This document shows, piece after piece, positions 48,642 to 58,853 of a stretch of DNA of 64,000 nucleotides. Each line of letters begins with the position of its first letter. Position 1 is the stretch's first letter. Both the position numbers and the translations under genes were made by a program. The notes under the pieces are model-generated. The model saw only the letters and a program-made list of their open reading frames with translations. It did no database searches and was not told where the DNA came from. This stretch comes from an uncultured Arcobacter sp. (lineage in GTDB: Bacteria; Campylobacterota; Campylobacteria; Campylobacterales; Arcobacteraceae), in the NCBI GenBank assembly GCA_965140705.1, contig OZ223301.1, positions 224,001 through 288,000 on the forward strand, in the 5' to 3' direction.

Positions 48642-49335
48642 ACTTTCAATAGTAATAATTACAAAAAATGAAGAGAAATTTATAGGTGATGCTATAAAGT
48701 CATCTTTATTTGCAGATGAAGTATTAATACTTGATAGTGGTTCTAATGACACTACTTGCAAGATTGCAAGTGAATTAGGTGCTAAGGTTTTTGAAGAAGA
48801 ATGGAGAGGTTTTGGTGCTCAAAAAAACCGAGCAGTTGAACTTGCATCTTATGATTGGGTATTTGTTTTAGATAGTGACGAGAGAATCACAGAAGAACTA
48901 AAAAAAGAGATTATAAAAACTTTAGAAAATCCTAGTGCAAATGGATATTTTGTTGCAAGGCTAAATAACTTTTTTGGAAAAGATATTAAAACTTGTGGTC
49001 TTTATCCTGATTATTCAATTAGACTATTTAATAAAAAATTTGGAAAGTTCAATGATGTTCCTGTTCATGAAAGTATTCAACTTCAAACAAAAGCACAAAA
49101 TCTAAAAAATCATATGATACATTTAGCATATGATAGCATTGAAGAGTTTATATCTAAACAAAATAGATATTCAACTCTTAATCATAAAAAAAAGTCTTTG
49201 TTAAAAGCTATATTAAATCCTTATTGGACTTTTTTTAAGCTCTATATTTTAAAACAGGGCTTTAAAGATGGTTGGCATGGCTTTATAATATCAAAACTTT
49301 ATGCTCAATATACATTTTGGAAGTATATTAAATGA
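48622..49335 (+). CDS. GT2 glycosyltransferase (WaaE/KdtX-like)
   Basis: IITKNEE, DSGSND, W.GFGAQKN, LDSDE and VHE motifs. Confidence 0.85.
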   Translation: MNTSINKLSIVIITKNEEKFIGDAIKSSLFADEVLILDSGSNDTTCKIASELGAKVFEEEWRGFGAQKNRAVELASYDWVFVLDSDERITEELKKEIIKTLENPSANGYFVARLNNFFGKDIKTCGLYPDYSIRLFNKKFGKFNDVPVHESIQLQTKAQNLKNHMIHLAYDSIEEFISKQNRYSTLNHKKKSLLKAILNPYWTFFKLYILKQGFKDGWHGFIISKLYAQYTFWKYIK

Positions 49336-50441
49336 ATAAAATAAATCCAAAAAAAATCTTAGTAATGAAGTTTAGAAATATAGGTGATGTACTTTTAACT
49401 ACACCTTTAATAAAAAATCTTAAATTAAATTTCCCAAATGCCATTATTGATGTTGCAGTTAATAAAGGCTGTGAGGAAATGGTAACTTTAAATTCTAATA
49501 TAAATGAAGTAATTATTTATGATAGGGCTAAAATAAAAAAATATTCACCAATTAAGAGAATAGTTGAAGAGATAAAATTTGCTTTTTCAATAAGAAGTAA
49601 ATCATATGATATGGTTATTAATACAACCGAAGGTGATAGAGGAGCTCAGTTAGCTCTTTTAAGCGGGGCAAAAATAAAAGTTGGATATCCCAGTGGGAAA
49701 AATATTCTTACTAAAAATGTATTTACAAACTATTTACCAAAACAAGAATTTAGACACACTTTAGAGATGGATTTAGATACATTAAGAGAGTTTAACTTAG
49801 ATATAAAAGAAAAAAAAGTAGAAATATTTTGGTCAAAAGAAGATGAAAAAAAAGTAGATGATATATTAAAAAAAGAAAATATAGAAATTAAAAACTTTAT
49901 TCATATACATGCAGTTTCAAGATGGATGTTTAAATGCATAAATGATGTAACAATGGCAAAAATTATTGATTATTGTGAAAGTGAATTAAATATAAAAGTT
50001 CTTTTAACTGCTGCCCCTGTGTCACAAGAAATAGATAGATTAAATAATATCTTATCATTTTGTAAAACTAATCCAATAAATTTATCAGGAAAATTTACAT
50101 TAAAACAAACTGCTTGTTTAAATAAAAAATCAAAAATATTTATAGGTGTTGATACTTCAATAATGCATATAAGCGCTGCAAATAATGTACCTGTGCTGGC
50201 TTTTTTTGGACCAAGCGGAACAGATCATTGGGGACCTTGGGATAATGATTGTATGGAAAGTGGCTATAAAAATAGGAATGGATTTCAAACTATGGGAAAA
50301 CATAGAGTAATAGCGGAAACAAGAGATTGTCAACCTTGTGGAAAAGATGGTTGTGATGGTACTAAAATAAGTGATTGTCTGATGAATTTAGATTTTGAAT
50401 TTATTAAAAAAAATATTAAAGAGATGGTCAATGAATATTAA
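49332..50441 (+). CDS. waaQ: GT9 heptosyltransferase III-like
   Basis: KFRNIGDVLLTTP, TEGDRG, SRWMFK and GVDT..MH motifs. Confidence 0.75.
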   Translation: MNKINPKKILVMKFRNIGDVLLTTPLIKNLKLNFPNAIIDVAVNKGCEEMVTLNSNINEVIIYDRAKIKKYSPIKRIVEEIKFAFSIRSKSYDMVINTTEGDRGAQLALLSGAKIKVGYPSGKNILTKNVFTNYLPKQEFRHTLEMDLDTLREFNLDIKEKKVEIFWSKEDEKKVDDILKKENIEIKNFIHIHAVSRWMFKCINDVTMAKIIDYCESELNIKVLLTAAPVSQEIDRLNNILSFCKTNPINLSGKFTLKQTACLNKKSKIFIGVDTSIMHISAANNVPVLAFFGPSGTDHWGPWDNDCMESGYKNRNGFQTMGKHRVIAETRDCQPCGKDGCDGTKISDCLMNLDFEFIKKNIKEMVNEY

Positions 50442-51525
50442 AGTGTTACATACTGAATGGTCTGATGGCTGGGGTGGACAAGAAATAAGAATTATTAATG
50501 AAATGATTGCTGTACGAGAAAAAGGTATTGAGGTATTTTTAGCTTGTAGAGATAACTCAGTTATAAAACAAAAAGCAATAGAAAATAAAATAAAAGTTTT
50601 TACTTTACCATTTAGAGGAAATGTAGATTTTAAAACAATGTTTGCTTTGATAAGAATAGTAAAAGAATATAAAATAGATATTATTAATACTCATAGTGGA
50701 AAAGATACTTGGGTTGGTGGGCTTGCTGCTAAATTCTCAGGTATTAAATTTATTAGAACAAGACATTTATCAAATAAAATTAGAAGTAGTAGGTTAAATT
50801 TTATTAATGAATTAGCTGATTTTGTATTTACAACTGGTGAGAGTGTTAAAAAGGATATGATTAAGTATAATCGTATAAATCCAGAAAAGATAGTTTCTAT
50901 CCCTTCTGGAATAGATGAAGAAATATTTAATCCAGATTTATATGAAAAAAACAAATCAAAAGAATTATTTAATATGGATAATTCTATTATCATAGGTAAT
51001 GTTGCTGTATTAAGAGATTGTAAAAGACATGATAATTTTTTAGAAATTGCTAGAAGACTTATTGATTTATACAAAAATAAAAAGTTTAAATTTTATATTG
51101 CAGGGGAAGGACCTATGCGTGATTTTGTTGAAAATAAAATCAAAGAACTTTCTCTTGAAAATGATGTTATATTATTAGGACATATTACTAATGTTGCAGA
51201 ATTTTTAACTGCATTGGATATTTTTTTATTTACTTCTGATGAGAGAGAAGGAATTCCTCAATCAGTTATGCAAGCATTATTAATGAATAAGAATGTTGTT
51301 TCAACTAATGATGGTAGTACTTCTGATCTATATAAAGGTAATAATTTTTTGATTTCAGATGTTGATATTGAAAGTGTATATAAAAATGTTTGTAAGATGG
51401 TTGAAAACTTGGATAATGAAGGTTTTTTAAATATTAATAGAAAGTATATTGTAGAAAATTTTTCTAAAGTAGCATCGACAAAAAAAATAATTAACTGCTA
51501 TAATGAAATGATGAATAATTCATGA
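50431..51525 (+). CDS. GT4 glycosyltransferase
   Basis: HTE.S.GWGGQEIR, NTHSGKD and EGIPQSVMQAL motifs. Confidence 0.88.
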   Translation: MNIKVLHTEWSDGWGGQEIRIINEMIAVREKGIEVFLACRDNSVIKQKAIENKIKVFTLPFRGNVDFKTMFALIRIVKEYKIDIINTHSGKDTWVGGLAAKFSGIKFIRTRHLSNKIRSSRLNFINELADFVFTTGESVKKDMIKYNRINPEKIVSIPSGIDEEIFNPDLYEKNKSKELFNMDNSIIIGNVAVLRDCKRHDNFLEIARRLIDLYKNKKFKFYIAGEGPMRDFVENKIKELSLENDVILLGHITNVAEFLTALDIFLFTSDEREGIPQSVMQALLMNKNVVSTNDGSTSDLYKGNNFLISDVDIESVYKNVCKMVENLDNEGFLNINRKYIVENFSKVASTKKIINCYNEMMNNS

Positions 51526-52604
51526 AAAAACTTATCAAACTTTATAATAAGATAATGATTAATTTTAAAAATAAATCAGAACCTATTAAAATGGAAAAAG
51601 TTTTAATAGTATCAAATACTGCATTGGGAGATCTTTTATTATCAACTCCAGCCATAAAAAGTTTAAAAAAAAGTTTTCCTAATCTATATATTGAGTTAAT
51701 GATTAATAAAAAATTATTAAATTTATTTAATAATTTTGAGTATGTAGATAATGTAATCGCATATGATCGTAGTTTTTTTGGACTGATTAATCATATAAAA
51801 TATTTAAAAGAAAAAAAGTTTGATACAATTTTTTTCCTACATTCAAATGGACCACAAGATTTATTTATTGCTTTAGCTTCTAATATTAAAAATGTTTTAA
51901 AAGCAATAAACTATCCCTCAAAAGTATCAGATGAATTTTCTAAATTTATTTTAAATAAACCAGATTATAGTAATAAAAAACATATTATTGAGCATAGGTT
52001 AGATTTGATAAGAGTATTTAGTCCTAAAATAATTGATAAAACTATTTCTTTACCTAATTTGTATTATGAAAGTTTTTTAAAAGAAAAGAAAATAAATATT
52101 GGTATTCAGTTAGGAGCAGCAGATATTTATAAAATGTGGCCTTTAGATAATTTCATAGAGCTCATAAATAAAATTGATGAAAATATAAATGAAGACTTTA
52201 GTATTACTTTTTTTGGTTTAAAAGAAGAAAAAAAATTGTCTGATAATGTTATATCAAAAATTAATGAAAGTAACACGATAAATCTCTGTGGTAAGACAAC
52301 TATTGATGAATTACCATATAAATTAAAAGAGGTTGATTTCTTATTAACTAATGATACAGGAACATTACATTTAGCAATTGCATTAAATATTCCAACTATT
52401 TCTTTATTTTCACCAACAGATTCAAAAATTTTTGGTCCATATCAAGATTTTGATAAACATATTGTAATCCAAGAGGATGGTGATTTTATTAATGTTAAAG
52501 CAAAAAAACAAAGAACACAAGAAGCTATGAGTTTAATAAGTGTAGAAAAAGTATTTGATTCTATAAAACTTCAATTAAAAAGGTTGAATAAATGTGTGGA
52601 ATAG
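51522..52604 (+). CDS. GT9 glycosyltransferase
   Basis: NTALGDLLLSTP, K.WP and TNDTGTLHLA motifs. Confidence 0.87.
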   Translation: MKKLIKLYNKIMINFKNKSEPIKMEKVLIVSNTALGDLLLSTPAIKSLKKSFPNLYIELMINKKLLNLFNNFEYVDNVIAYDRSFFGLINHIKYLKEKKFDTIFFLHSNGPQDLFIALASNIKNVLKAINYPSKVSDEFSKFILNKPDYSNKKHIIEHRLDLIRVFSPKIIDKTISLPNLYYESFLKEKKINIGIQLGAADIYKMWPLDNFIELINKIDENINEDFSITFFGLKEEKKLSDNVISKINESNTINLCGKTTIDELPYKLKEVDFLLTNDTGTLHLAIALNIPTISLFSPTDSKIFGPYQDFDKHIVIQEDGDFINVKAKKQRTQEAMSLISVEKVFDSIKLQLKRLNKCVE

Positions 52605-54520
52605 TTGGGATTTTTTCTACAAAAAGAAGCTTTGATACTGATAATATTAGTTCTATGTTAAATTATATTTCTCATAGAGGTCCAGATGATTCAGGAATAA
52701 AATTTTTTGATACTTTAAATCCAAATCAAGATAATATAGTAGATGGAAATTTATCTTTTGGACATAAAAGATTAAGTATTCTTGATTTGTCAAAATCAGG
52801 TCATCAACCTATGTCTGATATCACTAAAAATTTTTGGATTACATATAATGGAGAAATTTTCAATTTTCAAGAGATAAGGGATAACTTAATAAAAAAAGGG
52901 TATTCCTTTCACTCAAATACAGATACAGAAGTAATAATTTATGCTTATATAGAATATGGTGAAAAATGCCTTGATTTATTTAGAGGCTTTTTTGCTTTTT
53001 GTATTTATGATATAAAAAAACAAGAACTTTTTTTAGCAAGGGATAGATTAGGATCAAAACCATTAAAATATTATTTTGATGGTGATACTTTTGCTTTTGC
53101 ATCTGAAATAAAAGCTTTTTATCCTATAAAAGAGATTAAGAAAGTAGTAAGTTTAGATTCAATTAGTGAATACCTTTCTTTAAAATATATTCCAGCTCCA
53201 AGGACTATATTTAAAGATATTAAAAAATTATCTTCAGGTCATTATATAAAGTTTTTTTTGAGTACAAGAGAATTAAATATTAAAAAATACTGGGAACCTA
53301 TTTTTGAACCTAAAGAAAAAATATCTTATTCTGAAGCTAAAATAAAAACAAAAGAACTTTTGTCTGATGCAATTAATATTAGAATGATATCAGATGTTCC
53401 TGTGGGTGTTTTTTTAAGTGGAGGAATTGATTCTTCTTCTATAGTTGCATTATTAAGGGAAAAAGATAATAATAAAGATATTAATACTTTCTCTGTAGGA
53501 TTTAACGATTCAAAATTTGATGAAAGAGTTTATGCAAAAGAGATATCAAATATATTTAAAACCAATCATACAGAGTTTTTAATTGAGCCAAATTTAGAAA
53601 ATGATTTAGAAATGATAATTAATAATTATGATGAACCTTTTTCTGACCCTTCAATAATCCCTACTTATTATTTAGCAAATAAAGTCTCAGATTATGTAAA
53701 AGTTGTACTAGGTGGTGATGGTGCTGATGAAATGTTAAGTGGATATAAAAGATATAACATTCATAAAAGAAATGCATTTTTAAATTATTTTCCCTCAAGC
53801 TTTTATAATCTTAATAATAAATTACTTTCTAAGTTAGATTTTAATCTAAATAAATCAAAAGGGATAGGAAAACTTTCTCGTATTAGTGAATCATTGGCAG
53901 GAAATTTATTAGATACTTATTATTTAAGATTAACAGGTTTTTCAAAAAAACAAAAATTTGAATTATTCAATAAAGATTTTATGCAAATAACTACTAAAGT
54001 ATGGAATAATGATATATATGATTATTTTAAAATACATAAAAATTTAAATAATATTGATTCTTTGATGGCAATTGATCAAATAACTCATTTACCTGAATAT
54101 ATTTTAACAAAATCAGATATTTCTGGAATGGCGAATAGTATAGAGGCAAGAGCCCCGTTTATAGATGTTAAATTTATAGAATGGATTAACAAATTAGAAT
54201 CTTCTTTTAAAAATAAGGGTTATAGTAAAAGAATATTGAAAGATATTTTAGAAGAAACAGGTGTTCCTAAACATATAATTCATAGAAAAAAAGCTGGTTT
54301 CACTCCTCCTTTACAAGGTTGGATAAAAGAATTAAATTTATTGGTTAAGAAATATATTTTAGATAATGATACTTTAGATTTTTTTGATAAAAATATAAGA
54401 AAAAAAATTTATGATTTTAATATAGAAAATAATTATAGTTTTTCTAATCATGTGTGGATACTTTTGGTTCTTGCAATTTGGTTGGAATCAAATAAAGAGT
54501 TTATAGAAATTGAGAAATAA
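52592..54520 (+). CDS. asnB: Asparagine synthase-like glutamine amidotransferase
   Basis: MCGI, HRGPD, YNGEI, LSGGIDSS, GDGADE and EARAPF motifs. Located inside the LPS locus. Confidence 0.9.
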   Translation: MCGIVGIFSTKRSFDTDNISSMLNYISHRGPDDSGIKFFDTLNPNQDNIVDGNLSFGHKRLSILDLSKSGHQPMSDITKNFWITYNGEIFNFQEIRDNLIKKGYSFHSNTDTEVIIYAYIEYGEKCLDLFRGFFAFCIYDIKKQELFLARDRLGSKPLKYYFDGDTFAFASEIKAFYPIKEIKKVVSLDSISEYLSLKYIPAPRTIFKDIKKLSSGHYIKFFLSTRELNIKKYWEPIFEPKEKISYSEAKIKTKELLSDAINIRMISDVPVGVFLSGGIDSSSIVALLREKDNNKDINTFSVGFNDSKFDERVYAKEISNIFKTNHTEFLIEPNLENDLEMIINNYDEPFSDPSIIPTYYLANKVSDYVKVVLGGDGADEMLSGYKRYNIHKRNAFLNYFPSSFYNLNNKLLSKLDFNLNKSKGIGKLSRISESLAGNLLDTYYLRLTGFSKKQKFELFNKDFMQITTKVWNNDIYDYFKIHKNLNNIDSLMAIDQITHLPEYILTKSDISGMANSIEARAPFIDVKFIEWINKLESSFKNKGYSKRILKDILEETGVPKHIIHRKKAGFTPPLQGWIKELNLLVKKYILDNDTLDFFDKNIRKKIYDFNIENNYSFSNHVWILLVLAIWLESNKEFIEIEK

Positions 54521-54544
54521 TTAGACTTAAAATAAGGATAGATT

Positions 54545-55495
54545 TTGAATAAAAAAGTTTTAATTGTAGGAAATGGTAAATCTTCAGTAAATTCTAATAT
54601 TACAGAAATAGTAAAAGATAAAGATATATTTAGAGTAAATCGATTTTATTTAGAACCTAAAAAGATTTTTGGAGATAAAATAAAGTTTTTAAGTTGTATT
54701 GGTGAACCATATAGCTTATTTATATTGAATTATTTAATGAATAAAAATGTTTATAAAATAGAAAAAATAGGTTATAAAGAGATGAATAGTAAACATTTTT
54801 TTTCACCTCTAATATCAAATAAGTTTATTCCTTGGAAAAAAATTGAATTACAATATAGTTTAGATGATAAAGTTAATGGCTTTAATGGATTAAATAGACT
54901 TAATACAAAAAGAAAACATGATAAAATTACTTCTGGTGTTTATTTAATAAATTGTGCTATACAAATGGGATATGATGATATATCAATTGTAGGTATTGAT
55001 TTTTATTCTGAAAAAAGTTTAAAGAAATATCCAATTATTACTCCAGAGAAACTAAAAAAAATCTCTCTATTTGAAGGTCAATATCGAAGTAAACGAAGAA
55101 GAAAATTGAAAAAAAGCAGTTATGATGATGATTTACACTCTTATGAAACTGATAGTTATTATGTACAACAAATCGCTAATCAATATAAAAATATAAAATT
55201 TAATATTTATGTTGATGAAGAAAATCCTTTTAATAATTGGAACAAAATAGCTAGTGAATGTGATAATATAATAGTTAATCTACTAGCTGAAAGTTCTGAA
55301 AGTGGGACTGAACTAAACTCACATTGTTTTAATGAAATTAATGAAGCTATTGATGACTATAAATCTAAATATTTTTTTAAAGATAAATATATGAGGATAA
55401 TAAATATTTTAAATAATAAAAAAACAATAATAAAAAAGCTCTTTTATTATATTACTGATAATGAATTTATGGATAAAATAAGAGGTATAAATTGA
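54545..55495 (+). CDS. CstI/CstII-like (GT42) sialyl/nonulosonyl transferase
   Basis: KVLIVGNGKS, FRVNRFY, ITSGVY..NCAIQMGY..I.IVGIDFY and HSYETD motifs. Confidence 0.7.
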   Translation: MNKKVLIVGNGKSSVNSNITEIVKDKDIFRVNRFYLEPKKIFGDKIKFLSCIGEPYSLFILNYLMNKNVYKIEKIGYKEMNSKHFFSPLISNKFIPWKKIELQYSLDDKVNGFNGLNRLNTKRKHDKITSGVYLINCAIQMGYDDISIVGIDFYSEKSLKKYPIITPEKLKKISLFEGQYRSKRRRKLKKSSYDDDLHSYETDSYYVQQIANQYKNIKFNIYVDEENPFNNWNKIASECDNIIVNLLAESSESGTELNSHCFNEINEAIDDYKSKYFFKDKYMRIINILNNKKTIIKKLFYYITDNEFMDKIRGIN

Positions 55496-56460
55496 ATTTT
55501 TTAGAAAAAAGAATTCTTTTAGTTAGAAATGATAATGTTGGCGATCTCATTTGTACAATACCTTCAATAGAGGCTTTAAGAAAGAAATATCCAAATAATC
55601 AAATAGATATTGTAGTAAATAGTTATAATTATAGCGCAATTGATAAAAATCCATTTGTTAATAAAATTTATTGCTATACAAAACCCAAACATAAAAAAAG
55701 TTTTTTTGATAAGTTGAAAGCTGGATTAGGAAAGTTAAGTATTCTCCTTAAAATAATTAAAGAAAAATATGATGTTGTAATAGTTTTTAGAAGTGATTAT
55801 TCAAAATCAGCTGAGTTGTTTTCTAATATTACTAATGCAAAATACAAAATTGGAGTGAAGAATCCAAAAGGGAAAGATAATTTTAATATACACATTCCTA
55901 TTGATAATAAAAAACATGAAGTTGAATTTTGTTTTGATTGTTTAAATCCTTTAGGTATTAAATATGAAAATGAGAAAACAAGATATTATATCCCTAATGA
56001 ATTAACAAATAAATATAAAGAATATAGTAATCATATTCTTTTTCATATATCTTCTAGAATTAAAGAGAATCAATATTCCAATGAAAATTTTTTGAAAGTT
56101 ATAAATGGACTAATGGATTATAATATTTTAATAAGTGCTGAGCCAGTAAATTTTGCTGATGCAGAATATATTGAATCTAATAGTCATGCAAAATTTATAA
56201 AAACATCATCCTTAACAGACTTAGGTGGGCTAATAAAAAATGCTAAGTTATTTATAACTTTAGATGGTGGAGCAATGCATTTAGGACCAGCAGTTGGTAC
56301 AAAAACAATATCAATAAGTGGTAAAACAAATATGGATAAATGGTACCCTTGGGGATATAAGGAGTATGTAATTCAACATAAAACAAAAATTGCAAATAAT
56401 ATAGTCCCAAGTTTAATTACTGAAAAAATAAAAGGAATAAGTAGTGAAATTACTTATTAA
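55492..56460 (+). CDS. GT9 glycosyltransferase
   Basis: RNDNVGDLIC..P and DGGAMHL motifs. Confidence 0.85.
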   Translation: MNFLEKRILLVRNDNVGDLICTIPSIEALRKKYPNNQIDIVVNSYNYSAIDKNPFVNKIYCYTKPKHKKSFFDKLKAGLGKLSILLKIIKEKYDVVIVFRSDYSKSAELFSNITNAKYKIGVKNPKGKDNFNIHIPIDNKKHEVEFCFDCLNPLGIKYENEKTRYYIPNELTNKYKEYSNHILFHISSRIKENQYSNENFLKVINGLMDYNILISAEPVNFADAEYIESNSHAKFIKTSSLTDLGGLIKNAKLFITLDGGAMHLGPAVGTKTISISGKTNMDKWYPWGYKEYVIQHKTKIANNIVPSLITEKIKGISSEITY

Positions 56461-57463
56461 TAAAAGATTAGAGAAGTATAAAGTAAACTCCTCTCCAATA
56501 ACAAACCGAGATATAGAAAATGCAAAAAAAGTATTGTTTTCTGTATTTTCTAGATATGGAGATGGAATAATTTCATTTTCAATTATAAAAGAATTTATAA
56601 ATAAATTTCCTAATAAAGAGTATATTGTACTTACTTCTAGACAACAACTTCCATATGCAAAAGAAATATTATCAGATTTCAATAATGTAATAGTGAAAAA
56701 AGTGAATAAAAGAAATCCTTTTGAATTATTAACTATAGTTAGTTTTTTGAAAAATATTAATATTGATTTAGGCTTTAATCCTTGGGGACATGGTACTGAT
56801 AGTGAATATTTTATTACCTTTGCTAAAAAATTTTATTTTTATAAAAACTTTGATAATTTTGATAAAACATATAATTTATATGATAGGATTATTGAATATT
56901 TTAATTTAGAAAAAGTTGAAAAAAAAGAATTAATTCCTTTTGAAATAAATAATTTAAATTCAGTATTAATTGCTCCAATCTCTACTGATATAACAAAAAA
57001 CTTAACAATGAATCAGGTGAATTTTTTAATAAAAAAGATAAAAGATAAGTTTTCTAAAGTTGAAGTTACAGTAGCTCTCCCATCTTCTTTAAAAAAAGAA
57101 CAAGTAGATGCCAAAAAGTTTATTTTTGCTAAAAGTGTAAATAATTCATGTGAGTACTTAAATATTTTAAAAAAATCGGATCTATTCATTGGTGTTGATT
57201 CTGGTCCTTTGCATCTCTCTTTAGCATTAAAAATAGATTCTATAGCAATATTTGGGCCTACGTCACCGTTTACAATTTTTAACCATAATCAAAGAGTAGT
57301 TTATTTAAGAGATGATAAGATGAAAGATAATTTTTGTTTTGTTAAAGGATGCAATAATCCAATATGTATAAATGAAACAATGTTATCAAAAATATTTGAT
57401 GCAAATTCTGTTTTAGATAAATTTATTAATCTTGAAGAAAATAAATGTTTAATGAAAAATTGA
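56444..57463 (+). CDS. GT9 glycosyltransferase (divergent)
   Basis: RYGDGI and GVDSGPLHL...IFGPT motifs. Confidence 0.8.
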   Translation: MKLLINKRLEKYKVNSSPITNRDIENAKKVLFSVFSRYGDGIISFSIIKEFINKFPNKEYIVLTSRQQLPYAKEILSDFNNVIVKKVNKRNPFELLTIVSFLKNINIDLGFNPWGHGTDSEYFITFAKKFYFYKNFDNFDKTYNLYDRIIEYFNLEKVEKKELIPFEINNLNSVLIAPISTDITKNLTMNQVNFLIKKIKDKFSKVEVTVALPSSLKKEQVDAKKFIFAKSVNNSCEYLNILKKSDLFIGVDSGPLHLSLALKIDSIAIFGPTSPFTIFNHNQRVVYLRDDKMKDNFCFVKGCNNPICINETMLSKIFDANSVLDKFINLEENKCLMKN

Positions 57464-57509
57464 TTTATGATAAATCAAAAAGTAATAAATATAATATAGG
57501 AGAAAATAA

Positions 57510-58853
57510 TTGAATTTAATATTGAACAGAAGTATTTTATTTTTTATAGGATTGTTAGTTTTTATATTACCTATTGCTCACACAATTGCAATTAGAAATA
57601 TTTCAATATTATTTTTAATATTAATATTAATTTATATTTTTTCTAGAAAAAAGATAAATAGTTTTAGAAGTTTATTTGAAAAAGAGACAAGAAATATTGC
57701 AATAATTTTATCTCTTTTTTCTTTTTGGTTGTATGTTGTAGCTTTCTTTATATCAAATGAAACTTCATGGACCTTAAGTGAAATAAAAAGTCAATGGATG
57801 ACTCCTTTAGTTTATTTTTTGTCATTTGCATTTGTGAGTATTTATTCATTAAAAGAAGAAAAAGATTTTCAGAAAAACTTTTATACTATAATTTTTTTAA
57901 TGCTGTTTATTCATGTTTTATATATAGATTTATATGCTTTTAAATATTATGTTGATACAAAATCTATTCTTAGTAGATTTGCAGGATTAACAGAAGGTCC
58001 TGATAAATCAAATTATATTACTAATGTTTTATTAGCTTTTTTAGTATCTGAGGTTGTTTATAGATTCCGAACGTCAAAAAAAGTACTTAATATAAATAAT
58101 TTTGTATTATTTTTAATAATAGGATTAACAATTATAAGTTCTGTTTTTGAGGGAATGAGAAATGGTGTAGTTGCAGTTATATTTTTGACAATAAGTGGAA
58201 TATTTCTATCTTTTTATAATAATGAAAAATATACAAAAAAATTTAAAATAATTGTCTCACTATTTATTTTGATTATATTAACTTTTCCAACTATATATAA
58301 TATAAAAAATGACAAAAGATGGAATACCTTAATATCAACAATACCTTATGCACTAGATACACAAGTAAATAAGTATTGGTTAAATAGTAAGAAATACTCT
58401 TTACCTAAGTTTCCTAATGGAAATGACGTTGAGGCATCTGCATATTTAAGGTTCGCCTGGGGATATGAAGGATTAAAATTAATTGTAGAAAATCCCCTTG
58501 GTCTTGGTTTTGGAAGAAATGCTTTTGCTCATGGTCTAAAAGCTAAATATGATGATGTAAAAAATGTAGGTCATTCTCATAGTGGATTAATAGATTTAAC
58601 TATTGGAGTTGGAATTCCTGGTTTACTTCTTTGGTTAAGTTTTGGAATATATTTGATGTATTTATCTTATATAATTTTTATAAAATATCATAGTTTTTAT
58701 GCTTTAGTTTTATTCTTTAATGTATCAGGCTTTTTTTCTAGGTTTGTAGTTGATAGTAATATGAGGGATCATATGTTTGAAACATTTATGCTAATTATTG
58801 GATTTTCATTTATATTTATGCTAAAAGACAAATATGATGCTGAAAAAAATTAA
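57510..58853 (+). CDS. waaL: O-antigen ligase
   Basis: About 12 TM helices, R.G motif, periplasmic loop R...W, NPLGLGFG and HSHSG...G.PG. Confidence 0.8.
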   Translation: MNLILNRSILFFIGLLVFILPIAHTIAIRNISILFLILILIYIFSRKKINSFRSLFEKETRNIAIILSLFSFWLYVVAFFISNETSWTLSEIKSQWMTPLVYFLSFAFVSIYSLKEEKDFQKNFYTIIFLMLFIHVLYIDLYAFKYYVDTKSILSRFAGLTEGPDKSNYITNVLLAFLVSEVVYRFRTSKKVLNINNFVLFLIIGLTIISSVFEGMRNGVVAVIFLTISGIFLSFYNNEKYTKKFKIIVSLFILIILTFPTIYNIKNDKRWNTLISTIPYALDTQVNKYWLNSKKYSLPKFPNGNDVEASAYLRFAWGYEGLKLIVENPLGLGFGRNAFAHGLKAKYDDVKNVGHSHSGLIDLTIGVGIPGLLLWLSFGIYLMYLSYIIFIKYHSFYALVLFFNVSGFFSRFVVDSNMRDHMFETFMLIIGFSFIFMLKDKYDAEKN

